NCBI GenBank assembly: GCA_027031265.1
Contig: JALVRO010000141.1
Location: 1 to 39,106, forward strand
Length of the DNA stretch: 39,106 nucleotides
Reading direction: 5' to 3'
Source of the DNA: Bacteroidales bacterium
Lineage (GTDB): Bacteria > Bacteroidota > Bacteroidia > Bacteroidales > S143-33
Each line of letters starts with the position of its first letter. Within the stretch, counting starts at the first letter, position 1. The notes under the pieces are model-generated. The model was not told where the DNA came from. It did not search any database and worked only from the letters and a program-made list of their open reading frames with translations. The translations under genes and the position numbers were made by a program. This document shows positions 9,203-19,194 of this stretch, one piece after another.

Positions 9203-11140
9203 ATGGCAGAAAAAAATTTAACACCAGAAGAAGAAAACTTGCGCGAGATCTCCGAGGAGAAAATCCAGGAAGAGCTTCGCGAGCGCCAGGAAATGGCAAA
9301 AATCAGGGGCGAGGAAGAAGTAGAGAGCGATGCTGAGGATGCCTCTGAGATAAAGAAAGAACTTTTGAAAGAGGAAGAAGCGCAGGTTATGAATGCTTCA
9401 ACTCTGGATTTTGACTGGGATTCAGTGTCAAAGAGGAGCACAGTTTATAAGGGTGAAAAGCTCAAGGAACTTGAGGAAAAGTACAAGACATCACTTCGCA
9501 CTTTCCAGGAAGGTGATATTGTAACAGGTAAGATTGTAAATATTACTGACCGTGAGGTAGTTGTAAATATTGGTTATAAATCAGAAGGAGTTGTTCCGTT
9601 GAATGAGCTTCGGTATAATCCAGACATAAAGGTTGGAGATGAAATTGATGTTTATATAGAGAAGCTGGAGGATGCAGATGGTCAGTTGAAACTTTCGCAC
9701 AAGAAGGCCCGCTTGCTCAAGGCGTGGGATAAGATTAATGAGGTATACAAGACAGGAGAAGTTGTTAAAGGATATATTAAGTGCCGCACAAAGGGTGGTA
9801 TGATTGTCGACTTGTGGGGAATCGAATGTTTCTTGCCAGGTTCACAGATTGATGTTAAGCCTATTCGTGACTATGATGCTTTTGTAGGTCAGTGGATGGA
9901 CTTCAAAGTAGTACGTGTTAATCCTGAGTTTAAGAACGTAGTTGTTTCACACAAGGCAATCATAGAGGAAGAGCTCGAAGAACGTAAGAAGGAAATTATC
10001 AGCCAGCTAGAGCGTGGTCAAGTTCTTGAGGGTACTGTTAAGAATATCACATCTTACGGTGTGTTTATGGATCTTGGTGGTGTTGACGGTTTGATTCACA
10101 TTACAGACCTGAGCTGGGGCCGCATCAATCATCCAAGTGAGCTTGTACAGCTTGACCAGAAATTGCAGGTAGTAGTTCTGGACTTTGATGAGGAGAAGAA
10201 ACGTATTGCATTAGGACTCAAGCAGCTTCAGCCACATCCATGGGAGAGCCTTGATCCAAATCTGAAAGAAGGTGATGTAGTAGAGGGTAAAGTTGTAGCA
10301 GTTACAGACTTTGGTGCATTTGTAGAGATTCAGCCAGGTGTAGAAGGTCTGGTACACGTAAGTGAGATGACCTGGTCTACCCATCCACGCAATCCTCATG
10401 AGCTAGTTAAGGTAGGTGATGTTGTTAAGGCAAAGATTATTAGCCTTGACCGTGAGGAGCGTCGTATGTCATTGAGCTTCAAGCAGCTTAAACCAGATCC
10501 ATGGGAGAAGATCGAGGAGAAATATCCTATAGGTTCAAAACATGTTGGTAAGGTACGTGCTTTTACAAGTTTTGGTGTTTTTGTAGAGCTAGAGGAAGGT
10601 GTTGATGGTCTGATTCATATATCAGATTTGAGCTGGACAAAGAAGATTAATCACCCAGCTGAGTTCACACAGATTGGCAATGATATAGAAGTTGTTGTTA
10701 TAAACATTGACAAGGAGCATCGCCGTCTTGGTTTGAGTCACAAGGCAGTAGAGGAGAATCCGTGGGATGTTTATGAAACAATTTTCAAGAAGAATGATAT
10801 TTTCCAGGGAATTATTACCAAGATAGATGACAAGACAGCTACAGTAATGTTGCTTCCTTATGGTGTGGAGGCAGTAGCAGATATTAGCCACTTGCAGAAA
10901 GAAGATGGTACAACAGCAAAGGTGGATGAGAAACTTCCATTTAAGGTAATAGAGTTTTCAAAGGCTGCAAAGCGTATTGTTGTTTCACACCGCAAGGTAT
11001 GGGAAGATGCCAAGAAAGTAGAAGAAGGTATCGATGTTGATGAGCTCAAGAAGAAGATAGAGACAACGCTCGGAGATCTGGAAGCTTTGCAGGAGCTCAA
11101 GAAGCAGATGGAGAATGGAGAAGATAAGCAGGCAGAATAA
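9203..11140 (+). CDS. rpsA: 30S ribosomal protein S1
   Basis: Six S1 repeats (e.g. ITSYGVFMDLGGVDGLIHITDLSWGRINHP), Bacteroidota-type C-terminus TTLGDLEALQELK, acidic N-terminal extension. Confidence 0.98.
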   Translation: MAEKNLTPEEENLREISEEKIQEELRERQEMAKIRGEEEVESDAEDASEIKKELLKEEEAQVMNASTLDFDWDSVSKRSTVYKGEKLKELEEKYKTSLRTFQEGDIVTGKIVNITDREVVVNIGYKSEGVVPLNELRYNPDIKVGDEIDVYIEKLEDADGQLKLSHKKARLLKAWDKINEVYKTGEVVKGYIKCRTKGGMIVDLWGIECFLPGSQIDVKPIRDYDAFVGQWMDFKVVRVNPEFKNVVVSHKAIIEEELEERKKEIISQLERGQVLEGTVKNITSYGVFMDLGGVDGLIHITDLSWGRINHPSELVQLDQKLQVVVLDFDEEKKRIALGLKQLQPHPWESLDPNLKEGDVVEGKVVAVTDFGAFVEIQPGVEGLVHVSEMTWSTHPRNPHELVKVGDVVKAKIISLDREERRMSLSFKQLKPDPWEKIEEKYPIGSKHVGKVRAFTSFGVFVELEEGVDGLIHISDLSWTKKINHPAEFTQIGNDIEVVVINIDKEHRRLGLSHKAVEENPWDVYETIFKKNDIFQGIITKIDDKTATVMLLPYGVEAVADISHLQKEDGTTAKVDEKLPFKVIEFSKAAKRIVVSHRKVWEDAKKVEEGIDVDELKKKIETTLGDLEALQELKKQMENGEDKQAE

Positions 11141-11160
11141 ATTTTAAAATAAAACGTTTT

Positions 11161-11193
11161 AAAAGCGGATGGCCACGGGGCATCCGCTTTTTT
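11161..11193 (+). terminator. Intrinsic terminator of rpsA
   Basis: AAAAGCGGATG...CATCCGCTTTTTT. Confidence 0.88.
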
Positions 11194-11210
11194 ATTAGTG
11201 GTAAGTTTTG

Positions 11211-11218
11211 TATTTTTG
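11211..11218 (+). promoter_or_regulatory. -7 promoter element (TATTTTTG) for the 669-aa gene and aroE
   Basis: TAnnTTTG 25 nt before the ATG at 11244, just after the rpsA terminator. Confidence 0.5.
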
Positions 11219-11243
11219 GTAAAAAAGTAAAAACAAGACAATT

Positions 11244-13253
11244 ATGAAGCGTTTGTTATTGTTAAGCATAATATTATTGTCGTGGAGGTGTCTATTTTCA
11301 CAGGAGTATGTCAAGGCAGTGAAATTAGGTACTATACGCACAGATTTTGAGTTCACCCCAGAGTGGCAATATATATCATCGGATCTGTATTTGTTTAATA
11401 CGGATAAGTTTGCAGATATTCTCAATCAGGTATTGACGGGTAAGAAGAAGAGTTTGTTTAGGCGCAATCGTCTGGAGCTGAAGAATATTTTGATAACCAT
11501 GAATCTGCAGGGACTAAAGGGATATGAAAAGATAACTTTTCCTTTATACAATTTTGTGGTGAGTAAGGATGAAGAAGGCAATGTTAAGGTCAATACAGAG
11601 ACTAATGAGGTTATAAGGATAATAGATAATTATCCAGCACCATCTGTTAATGATTTTATTACGGCCAAGGTGGATGTGAAGGTTATTACCAAGGATGATG
11701 AGGTAAAAGTGTATAAGCTAGCGGCCAGCCAGCTTGAGACAATAGCTAATGTGGTGACCAATCCATCGACAGCTGTTATTAAGCTCGTAGGCGAGTTTGG
11801 AAAGATGATACAGGCAGCTGCTGATGAGAAAGAGTATCACTTTACTTCTACGATAAGGATTTATGAGAATGATAATTTTAACCAGCGTTTACATTCAATA
11901 GTAGTGTTTGTGTTTTTGCCCAGTCAGCTAAAGGATGAGAAAGTAAAGGTTGATTTGTCGGAGCTGGATAGTGCACTGAAGGATACAAGTATGGTGATAA
12001 ACCGTAAGTTTTTGCACAAGTATGTGAAGGTCAAGAAGTATCCTTATGTTGTGATTGTTAATTATAAGTCCAAATACATACCTGATGTGCCAGAAGAGAT
12101 TGATTTTGATGTATTAAAGGCTAGAGAGTCAAAACTTAGTCTTGATTTATCCAAAGGTGTGATTAACAAGGAGATATATGAGTTAGAGAAAGAACTTCTG
12201 GAGTATTTGAAGCTTTATGCACAATTTCAGATGGATTTGAATAATTATTTATTGAATCTGGAGAATAAGACCACAGAGGACTTTTCGAAATTTTATTATT
12301 ATCTGGTACGTGATTACTGGAGGATGAAGAATTATTACAAGATAGTCAGCCAGGCCAGGAAGGATAACAAGATTTACCAGGATGAGTTTAAGTCTTTGTA
12401 TGACAAGTTTATGATGAGGGTAAACATGCATCTGGATCAGAACAGCAATCTCCAGAAGATACGTACGCTTGTTGAGACTTTATATTATCTGGAGAACACG
12501 CCAGAGCACAGAATACCGATGGATAGTAATAGTATAGAGGGTTATTTAACCAAGCTTTATGGGGTGCCGTTGCCAGAGAGTGAGAATAACACACCTGTCA
12601 TGCAGGTTTTGAATAAGTGGGTTAATAAGCTGGAGTCTTATCAATATGATCACGTGTATGCAAGACGTTTTGCCAGTTTGCGGCTCTTGCCAGTCAATTC
12701 AGAGTCATACAAAAAGATCATAAAGGCCCAAAGGGAGTATAGTCTGACACAATGCCATAGGTGTAAAGACAGTCTCAATGCTATAGTTTCTGGTTTTCAG
12801 GTTAAATATGAAAAATATCAGCTAGCCAAGGCAAAGAGCGAATTTGACAAGGTAAAAGCAGATGCAAAGGTTGCGATGATAGGTATAACAAAGCGTCTTA
12901 GCTGTATACGTCAGAAACTGAGAGAATATCCAGGAGCTAAGCCAGAGTATCTTCAGCTTATCGAACAGGATGCTGTGAAACTGGATGACCAGAGGCAGGC
13001 TTTGTTGGCCTCTTTGAATAAGAATTATGTTTTCACATCTGTGGATGAGATCAGGGAGGTCACCTCAGATATACATAGTAGTCTGGAGAATTTGCAGACA
13101 GATATAGAAAGCTTGTGTAAGCAAGAGCCGCAGGTATGTGACTGCACCAGACCATGGGAGGGCATAAACAGACAAGTGGATACACTGCAGCATAAGCCTC
13201 AGGTAGATAGTACACAGACCACAGGCAAGGGTGCTAAGCCGGAAAAATTGTAA
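11244..13253 (+). CDS. Hypothetical exported protein (669 aa)
   Basis: Long ORF with Sec signal peptide (MKRLLLLSIILLSWRCLFS|Q), mixed alpha/beta N-half, helical/coiled-coil C-half and 6 Cys in the C-terminal quarter; no family recognised. Confidence 0.85.
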   Translation: MKRLLLLSIILLSWRCLFSQEYVKAVKLGTIRTDFEFTPEWQYISSDLYLFNTDKFADILNQVLTGKKKSLFRRNRLELKNILITMNLQGLKGYEKITFPLYNFVVSKDEEGNVKVNTETNEVIRIIDNYPAPSVNDFITAKVDVKVITKDDEVKVYKLAASQLETIANVVTNPSTAVIKLVGEFGKMIQAAADEKEYHFTSTIRIYENDNFNQRLHSIVVFVFLPSQLKDEKVKVDLSELDSALKDTSMVINRKFLHKYVKVKKYPYVVIVNYKSKYIPDVPEEIDFDVLKARESKLSLDLSKGVINKEIYELEKELLEYLKLYAQFQMDLNNYLLNLENKTTEDFSKFYYYLVRDYWRMKNYYKIVSQARKDNKIYQDEFKSLYDKFMMRVNMHLDQNSNLQKIRTLVETLYYLENTPEHRIPMDSNSIEGYLTKLYGVPLPESENNTPVMQVLNKWVNKLESYQYDHVYARRFASLRLLPVNSESYKKIIKAQREYSLTQCHRCKDSLNAIVSGFQVKYEKYQLAKAKSEFDKVKADAKVAMIGITKRLSCIRQKLREYPGAKPEYLQLIEQDAVKLDDQRQALLASLNKNYVFTSVDEIREVTSDIHSSLENLQTDIESLCKQEPQVCDCTRPWEGINRQVDTLQHKPQVDSTQTTGKGAKPEKL

Positions 13254-13263
13254 TATTTTATAA

Positions 13264-14037
13264 ATGAAGGTCACAACAAAACTTATTGGACTGATTGGTT
13301 TTCCTCTGGAGCATTCTTTTTCGGAGCGGTATTTCAATGAGCGTTTTGCACGTCTGGGGTATGATTTTATAGAATACAGGAATTTTCCCCTGGAGGATAT
13401 AGAGGAATTGCCAGAGCTCCTGGAGTTGATACCAGAGATTTGTGGGCTCAATGTGACGAGTCCACACAAGCGAAGTGTGCTAAAATTTTTGAATGAGGTA
13501 GAGTCTGAGGCAGAGCAGGTTGGTTCTGTTAATACGATAACAATCAGGCGAGGAGACGATGGATTGTGGCTAAAGGGTTATAACACAGACATTGTTGGTT
13601 TTGAAAAGAGTTTCGTACCACTGTTGGAGCCGCACCACACCGCTGCACTAATATTAGGAACGGGTGGTGCGGCTCGTGCAGTGGCTTTTGTCCTCAGGAA
13701 GTTGGGTATTGAATATCGTTTTGTGTCCAGGCATTTTAAGCCGGAGGATGCTTTGTTGTACTCGGATCTTGATATGGAGGTAATTAAGCAATTTAGTATA
13801 ATTATAAATGCTACGCCACTGGGTATGTATCCCAAGGTTGGGCTTTACCCTCCTATTCCTTATAAATATATCACTCAGAAACATTTGCTTTTTGACCTGG
13901 TATATAACCCAGAGCTAACGAAGTTTCTGGAATTTGGTAAAGAAAGAGGGGCTAAGATAAGCAATGGATTGCAAATGCTGTATGAACAGGCAGATGCAGC
14001 ATGGGAGATTTTTAGTCGTTGTGGTTGTGTGGATTAA
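13264..14037 (+). CDS. aroE: Shikimate dehydrogenase
   Basis: LIGFPLEHSFS, GLNVTSPHK, GSVNTI, GYNTDIVGF, LGTGGAARAV, INATPLGM, DLVYNP, NGLQMLYEQA. Confidence 0.96.
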   Translation: MKVTTKLIGLIGFPLEHSFSERYFNERFARLGYDFIEYRNFPLEDIEELPELLELIPEICGLNVTSPHKRSVLKFLNEVESEAEQVGSVNTITIRRGDDGLWLKGYNTDIVGFEKSFVPLLEPHHTAALILGTGGAARAVAFVLRKLGIEYRFVSRHFKPEDALLYSDLDMEVIKQFSIIINATPLGMYPKVGLYPPIPYKYITQKHLLFDLVYNPELTKFLEFGKERGAKISNGLQMLYEQADAAWEIFSRCGCVD

Positions 14038-16787
14038 GGACTGATGAGCATGTAAATTTTAATGTTTTTCTTGTTTTCGTCCTGCAGGAAGAAATGGATT
14101 GTTAGCTTGATAGCATTGCCATCTTTTCTGAGGAACTGGTATGAGTCACTGATTTCTTTGTGTTCGAGGGCAAGCTTGAAGTTGTTGTAAAATTTGGCTT
14201 TTTCGGTCTGAAGAATATAGTTTTCGAAAGGTTTGTTTAGCATTTCTTCGGGTGTGTAGTTTAGTATTTCTGCTATCCATGTGTTAACTTCTATTATTTT
14301 CTTGCTACGGTTAAGTACTATACGGCCAGTGGTTTTGTCATACAGGTTTAGCAGGAATTCAAACTGTTTCTTTTGTTTTTCGAATTCTTCTTTTTCTTTT
14401 CGTAGTTTTCTTTCCTCACGGCGCAATATACGAGTTTCTTTACTAATTTCTTTTACCTGGATACGTAGCTGGCGTTCGAGCATCCTGGCTTCAGTGATAT
14501 CAATAGCAATGAATAGTACTTTTATAATGTTGTTGGATGTATCTCGGATAGCTACTAGGTATTGCTGCATCCAGATGGTTTGTTCCTCTTTCAGGGTTAT
14601 TGATTCTTCTGTGCTTATGATTTTACCTGAGAGCATCTGCTCCCATTTTTCTTTGTATTTGGGGTTTAGGATGTCAAAGCCAGTGAATTCGCTTATATAT
14701 TTACCTACGAAAAAACTGTTAGCTTTTTCATAAAGAGAGGCTAGTTTGTCATTGACAGATAGGATTTTCCCATTTTCATCCAGCTCTACCCGATAAGCGA
14801 ATTGGTCTATCAGATTGAGTGTGGTATTGTATTCTTTTTCGAGGTTTTTGTATTGTGTGTTCAGAGTGGATAGCTGTTGTATTTTTTCCTGGAGTTCTTT
14901 TTGTTGTTGTTTGAATTGTTCTGTTTGTTGTTCATATCGTTTGAGCAAGTGCTCTGTTTCTTGCGCTACTTTCCAGGATGAGAGGTTAGCGCTAATATGT
15001 CCGGCTATTTCTTTGAGGAATTCGAGCTGGTATTGTTCGAGTTTTTTAAAGGAGTCTATTTCCATAGCTCCAATGAGGAGGTTGTTGTAAATGAGAGGAA
15101 CCAGCACAATGGCATTGGGCTTGACCTGTCCCAGAGCAGATGTGATTATTTGATAATTTTCTTCAATATTTTCAATATATAAGATTTCGGGTGTTTTGTA
15201 TAGTTTGGCAAAGAGTCCTGCAGAGGCTGGTACTTTTCTGTCTATTATTTTTTCTTCATTGAAGGCATAGCAGGCTATGAGTGTGAAGTAAGGTTGCTGG
15301 TCCTGCTCATCTTGTTCGAGGATAAACAGTCCACCCTGGAATGCATCAAGGTATTCCACGCCAGCTTTGATGATCTGGAAACTCCATTTGGATAGTTCTT
15401 CTTCCCTGTGGCTAAGTATGTTAATGAATTTTTCTATTCCAGCGTTACGCCATGCGCGGATTCGTTCCTCTTGCTCGCGTTTTTCTATGTCTTTATGAAC
15501 GTTCTGCAGATGCTCACGAATTTTCAAGAGGTTGTATCCGAGTATATCGCTGTTAGAGATAGGTGTGAATTGGTATTGGTAGTTGCCTTTGGATAGCTCA
15601 GCAGCAAAGGCAGTGTATTTCTTAAAATTGTCAATAAGATGATTATAGACTTTTTCCAGGGCAATATAATTATCGCCTTTGATATCGATTTTTTCGCCGA
15701 TAGTACCGAGTGAAAGCTGTTCCAGTCGCTTACGTACATTATTTATTTTCTGAAGGATAAGATTTTCTATGATAAGGATGAAGATAAGCGAGATAATTAA
15801 AGAAAGGAAGACTGCGATGATGTAATAGGTCTTGAATTTTTGTGTATAATTGTAAAAGTCATCTTTATAAAGGGAAATGGCCAGGAAATAGCCATATTGT
15901 GGCATGTATTTAACGTAGAGGATTTTTTGTTGGCCAGAGGCAGTTTCAGGCCATCGGTATTCTATCTTGAGTATGTTTTTGGTATTTTTAGCAGAAAAGA
16001 TTCGATAAAAAATATTTGTGTTTTTGATGTTTTCGCCTTCGAGCAAAGGATGCAATAGAAGGTTGCCTTGTTCGTCGATAAGCACAGGGTAACCTTTATT
16101 GAGGTAAACTTGTGATTCGAAGAAAGTTTTAAATTTTTCGGAAAACCACTGGTCATTGAGCAAGAGGATAGCGCCTTTTATGTTTTTTCCCAGGAAGATT
16201 GGCACAATACCCAATTTATAGATATTGTCTTTGATCTTGATTTTTTCGACAAATGTTTGTTTGTTTTCTATGTAGAGTGCTACTTCTGAGTTGTTTGGGA
16301 AATAGTATTTACTACCATGACGTTTGAGGTCATCGATATCTGAGAAGGTGACCACATATCCATCCTCGAATTTTTGCACAATAGCTATAGGAGTGTTACT
16401 GAGGAATTTGATGTATTTAACGAAATTCTCATCTATTGGTCTGCCCTGGATAAGTATAGGTGAAAGGATAGCAATATTTTCTTCCTGTGTGTTGATATTA
16501 ATAACAGGGATCTGAGTGCGGATATGTTGCTCAGAGATTGTCTGGCTATTGATGTAGTTGTTAATGATTTTAATCCTATAGAGGAATTGCTTATTGGCCT
16601 GCTCCTCCTGGTCAATGATGAGGTTTTCGAGGGTACTGAGGTCTTTCTTGACAGTGGTTTCTATAAAGTCGATAACAATGTCGTTTGTTTTGTTGTATAA
16701 AAAACTCGCTATCAGTGCAAAAAAGATGATAAGAACGATAATGGATACCAGTAATATTCTATTAATAAAACGTCCGATCATGAACAA
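14034..16787 (-). CDS. Membrane sensor-like protein: TM-Cache-TM-HAMP-GAF-coiled coil-PAS-coiled coil-PAS, no output domain
   Basis: Two TM helices flank a Cache-like region (GYPVLIDEQGNLLLHPLLEGENI...IEYRWP); GAF (YLDAFQGGLFI...IVLVPLIYNNLLIGAMEIDSFKK); PAS motifs (LDENGKILSVND, IAIDITE, LNYTPEEMLNKP, RKDG). Confidence 0.82.
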   Translation of the reverse strand: MFMIGRFINRILLVSIIVLIIFFALIASFLYNKTNDIVIDFIETTVKKDLSTLENLIIDQEEQANKQFLYRIKIINNYINSQTISEQHIRTQIPVININTQEENIAILSPILIQGRPIDENFVKYIKFLSNTPIAIVQKFEDGYVVTFSDIDDLKRHGSKYYFPNNSEVALYIENKQTFVEKIKIKDNIYKLGIVPIFLGKNIKGAILLLNDQWFSEKFKTFFESQVYLNKGYPVLIDEQGNLLLHPLLEGENIKNTNIFYRIFSAKNTKNILKIEYRWPETASGQQKILYVKYMPQYGYFLAISLYKDDFYNYTQKFKTYYIIAVFLSLIISLIFILIIENLILQKINNVRKRLEQLSLGTIGEKIDIKGDNYIALEKVYNHLIDNFKKYTAFAAELSKGNYQYQFTPISNSDILGYNLLKIREHLQNVHKDIEKREQEERIRAWRNAGIEKFINILSHREEELSKWSFQIIKAGVEYLDAFQGGLFILEQDEQDQQPYFTLIACYAFNEEKIIDRKVPASAGLFAKLYKTPEILYIENIEENYQIITSALGQVKPNAIVLVPLIYNNLLIGAMEIDSFKKLEQYQLEFLKEIAGHISANLSSWKVAQETEHLLKRYEQQTEQFKQQQKELQEKIQQLSTLNTQYKNLEKEYNTTLNLIDQFAYRVELDENGKILSVNDKLASLYEKANSFFVGKYISEFTGFDILNPKYKEKWEQMLSGKIISTEESITLKEEQTIWMQQYLVAIRDTSNNIIKVLFIAIDITEARMLERQLRIQVKEISKETRILRREERKLRKEKEEFEKQKKQFEFLLNLYDKTTGRIVLNRSKKIIEVNTWIAEILNYTPEEMLNKPFENYILQTEKAKFYNNFKLALEHKEISDSYQFLRKDGNAIKLTIHFFLQDENKKNIKIYMLISP

Positions 16788-16884
16788 AAAAATTTTTCTT
16801 AGTTCTTATCCCGTATAGGCAAGCGTAAGTTCGTAGTTTTTTTGATAAAATTAAAAAGAAAAATGGATTTTTCAATAAAAATTT

Positions 16885-16892
16885 TATTTTTG
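16885..16892 (+). promoter_or_regulatory. -7 promoter element (TATTTTTG) for the parA operon
   Basis: TATTTTTGC 33 nt upstream of the parA ATG. Confidence 0.6.
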
Positions 16893-16925
16893 CCTATAAA
16901 AGGAAAAGAGTAAACAAATTTAATC

Positions 16926-17711
16926 ATGGGCAAAGTAATTGCTATCGCCAACCAGAAAGGCGGTGTTGGTAAGACTACCACAGCTATTAACCTTGGTGCC
17001 AGTCTGGCAGTCCTGGAGAAAAAAGTTTTGATTATAGATGCTGATCCCCAGGCAAATGCGACATCGGGGTTGGGATATGATCCTAAGACTATAGAAAAAA
17101 GTATTTATGAATGCATTATCGAAGATTCTGATCCAAATGATTTTATTATTCATGTGGAGGAGCTGGAAGGACTGGACCTGCTGCCTTCTCATATAGATCT
17201 GGTTGGAGCAGAGATCGAAATGCTAAATTTCCCTGAGAGGGAAAAAGTCTTTAAGCGAATCATTGAAAAAATAACCACACCTTATGATTACATTTTCATT
17301 GACTGTTCGCCATCGCTGGGGCTTTTGACATTGAATGCTTTGACAGCAGCAGATTCTGTTATTATACCTGTTCAGTGCGAATATTTTGCTCTTGAGGGAT
17401 TGGGTAAACTTCTTAACACCATTAAGTTGGTGCAGAACACTCTAAATCCAGATCTGCAGATTGAGGGCTTTTTGATGACAATGTATGATCCTCGTTTGAA
17501 GCTAGCAAACCAGGTAGTAGAAGAGGTGAGGCGTCATTTCCAGGATATGGTCTTTGATACTATTATTCAGCGTAATATTCGTATTACAGAGGCTCCAAGT
17601 CATGGTCGTCCAGTGATTCTTTATGATGCAAAGTCTAAGGGTGCGTTGAATTATTTGAATCTGGCAGAAGAGCTTATAAAGAGAAACGAGCAAGTAGCAG
17701 TTGAAGGTTAA
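16926..17711 (+). CDS. parA: Chromosome partitioning ATPase ParA/Soj
   Basis: Deviant Walker A NQKGGVGKTTT, IDADPQANAT, YIFIDCSPSLGLLT, IPVQCEYFALEG, EAPSHG. Confidence 0.97.
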   Translation: MGKVIAIANQKGGVGKTTTAINLGASLAVLEKKVLIIDADPQANATSGLGYDPKTIEKSIYECIIEDSDPNDFIIHVEELEGLDLLPSHIDLVGAEIEMLNFPEREKVFKRIIEKITTPYDYIFIDCSPSLGLLTLNALTAADSVIIPVQCEYFALEGLGKLLNTIKLVQNTLNPDLQIEGFLMTMYDPRLKLANQVVEEVRRHFQDMVFDTIIQRNIRITEAPSHGRPVILYDAKSKGALNYLNLAEELIKRNEQVAVEG

Positions 17712-17730
17712 ATAAAATCTCAATATAATC

Positions 17731-18624
17731 ATGGCAACAAAAAGAGGACTTGGGAAAGGTCTTGGTGCATTAATACCAGATGAGCCTTTACATAATCCTA
17801 AACCTGTAGAAGAGGCTATTTCCACACCTTCGGTGGCAGAGATAGAATTAGACAAGATAGAGACAAATCCTTACCAGCCACGTGCTGTCTTTGATGAGTC
17901 AGCTTTGCAGGAATTGGCAGAGTCAATCAAGCAACTAGGTGTTATACAGCCTATTACAGTCCGAAAAGTAGCTAAAGACCGCTATCAGCTAATTTCAGGA
18001 GAGCGTCGTCTGCGTGCTGCCAGGCTTGCAGGCTTGAAGACCATCCCTGCTTTTGTCCGTAGCACAGATGACAACAATATGCTCCTGGAAGCCCTGGTGG
18101 AGAATATTCAGCGCGAGGATCTTAACCCAATAGAAATTGCCATTTCATTTAAGCGCTTGATAGAGGAGCTGAATCTGACTCAGGAGCAGTTGAGTAAGAC
18201 TACAGGTAAGGGGCGCTCGACAATTGCTAATTATCTACGTTTGCTCAACCTACCGCCAGAGATACAGGCTGGTCTGAGAGCAGAGAAGATAACAATGGCA
18301 CATGCAAAGGTGCTGGCCTCTATACCAGATAAGTTCACACAGATTAAGGTTTTTTACAAGATTCTGGCAGGTGGTCTTAGTGTCAAGAAGACAGAGCAGC
18401 TTGTCCAGGACCTGATGAGCGAAGAGAACAAGGAGAAAAAGCAAACCAAATCCAGCTTGCCAGAGGAATATGTCCAGTGGAGAGAAAGCCTTAAAAAGGG
18501 TCTTAATACAAAAGTAGATCTGAAAGTCAGCAAAGAAGGTAAAGGGAAACTGGTTATTAATTTTGACAATGAGGAGCAATTGAAGCAGATAATGAACAAA
18601 CTAAAATTGGCTTCAGAAGAATAA
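17731..18624 (+). CDS. parB: Chromosome partitioning protein ParB/Spo0J
   Basis: GLGKGLGALI N-terminus, NPYQPR, GERRLRA CTP-binding patch, ENIQREDLNPIE, HTH RSTIANYLRLL. Confidence 0.97.
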   Translation: MATKRGLGKGLGALIPDEPLHNPKPVEEAISTPSVAEIELDKIETNPYQPRAVFDESALQELAESIKQLGVIQPITVRKVAKDRYQLISGERRLRAARLAGLKTIPAFVRSTDDNNMLLEALVENIQREDLNPIEIAISFKRLIEELNLTQEQLSKTTGKGRSTIANYLRLLNLPPEIQAGLRAEKITMAHAKVLASIPDKFTQIKVFYKILAGGLSVKKTEQLVQDLMSEENKEKKQTKSSLPEEYVQWRESLKKGLNTKVDLKVSKEGKGKLVINFDNEEQLKQIMNKLKLASEE

Positions 18625-18631
18625 TGCTACA

Positions 18632-19153
18632 ATGAGACGCATTTTTGTAATAATGGGCCTGGTATTTTTGTTTAATTGGAATTTGTCAGCACAGAAAGAC
18701 ACTGTTGTAACCAAGAGTCACAAAGATTTAGTCCCTGTATATTTGTCAGCTGTCCTGCCTGGTGCAGGACAGATTTATAATGGTAAGTGGTGGAAAGTGC
18801 CATTTATATATGCTGGTTTGGGGGGAACTTTTTATTTGTACCAAAATCTAGATTACCAGTATCATGTGCTTTTGCAGGATCTGGTAACTATGCAGAATGG
18901 ATATTCTTTTACTATTTCTGGTATCAAGGATATAAATACTCTCAAAAGTACAAAAGACCAGTTCAGGAATTGGCGTGACCTGACAGCAATAGGTTTTTCA
19001 CTGGTATGGCTTTTGAATGTGGTGGATGCTTATGTGGATGCAGAGTTTAAGGATTTTGATGTTTCACCGGATTTGTCCATAAATTATACGCCTATATATG
19101 ATTTTTCATCTCATCAGGCAATACCAGCTGTGTCGGTGAAGGTGAGGTTTTAG
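18632..19153 (+). CDS. DUF5683 domain protein
   Basis: SAVLPGAGQIYNGKWWKVPFIYAG and NVVDAYVDA motifs; usual position after parB in Bacteroidota. Confidence 0.85.
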   Translation: MRRIFVIMGLVFLFNWNLSAQKDTVVTKSHKDLVPVYLSAVLPGAGQIYNGKWWKVPFIYAGLGGTFYLYQNLDYQYHVLLQDLVTMQNGYSFTISGIKDINTLKSTKDQFRNWRDLTAIGFSLVWLLNVVDAYVDAEFKDFDVSPDLSINYTPIYDFSSHQAIPAVSVKVRF

Positions 19154-19194
19154 GTATTATGTTTGTTAGTAATTTCTTTGAAAAACAATGAATT

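Noticed and set aside
9203-9400. Acidic N-terminal extension of S1
   Set aside because: Variable charged N-terminal extensions are common in Bacteroidota S1; nothing specific is visible.
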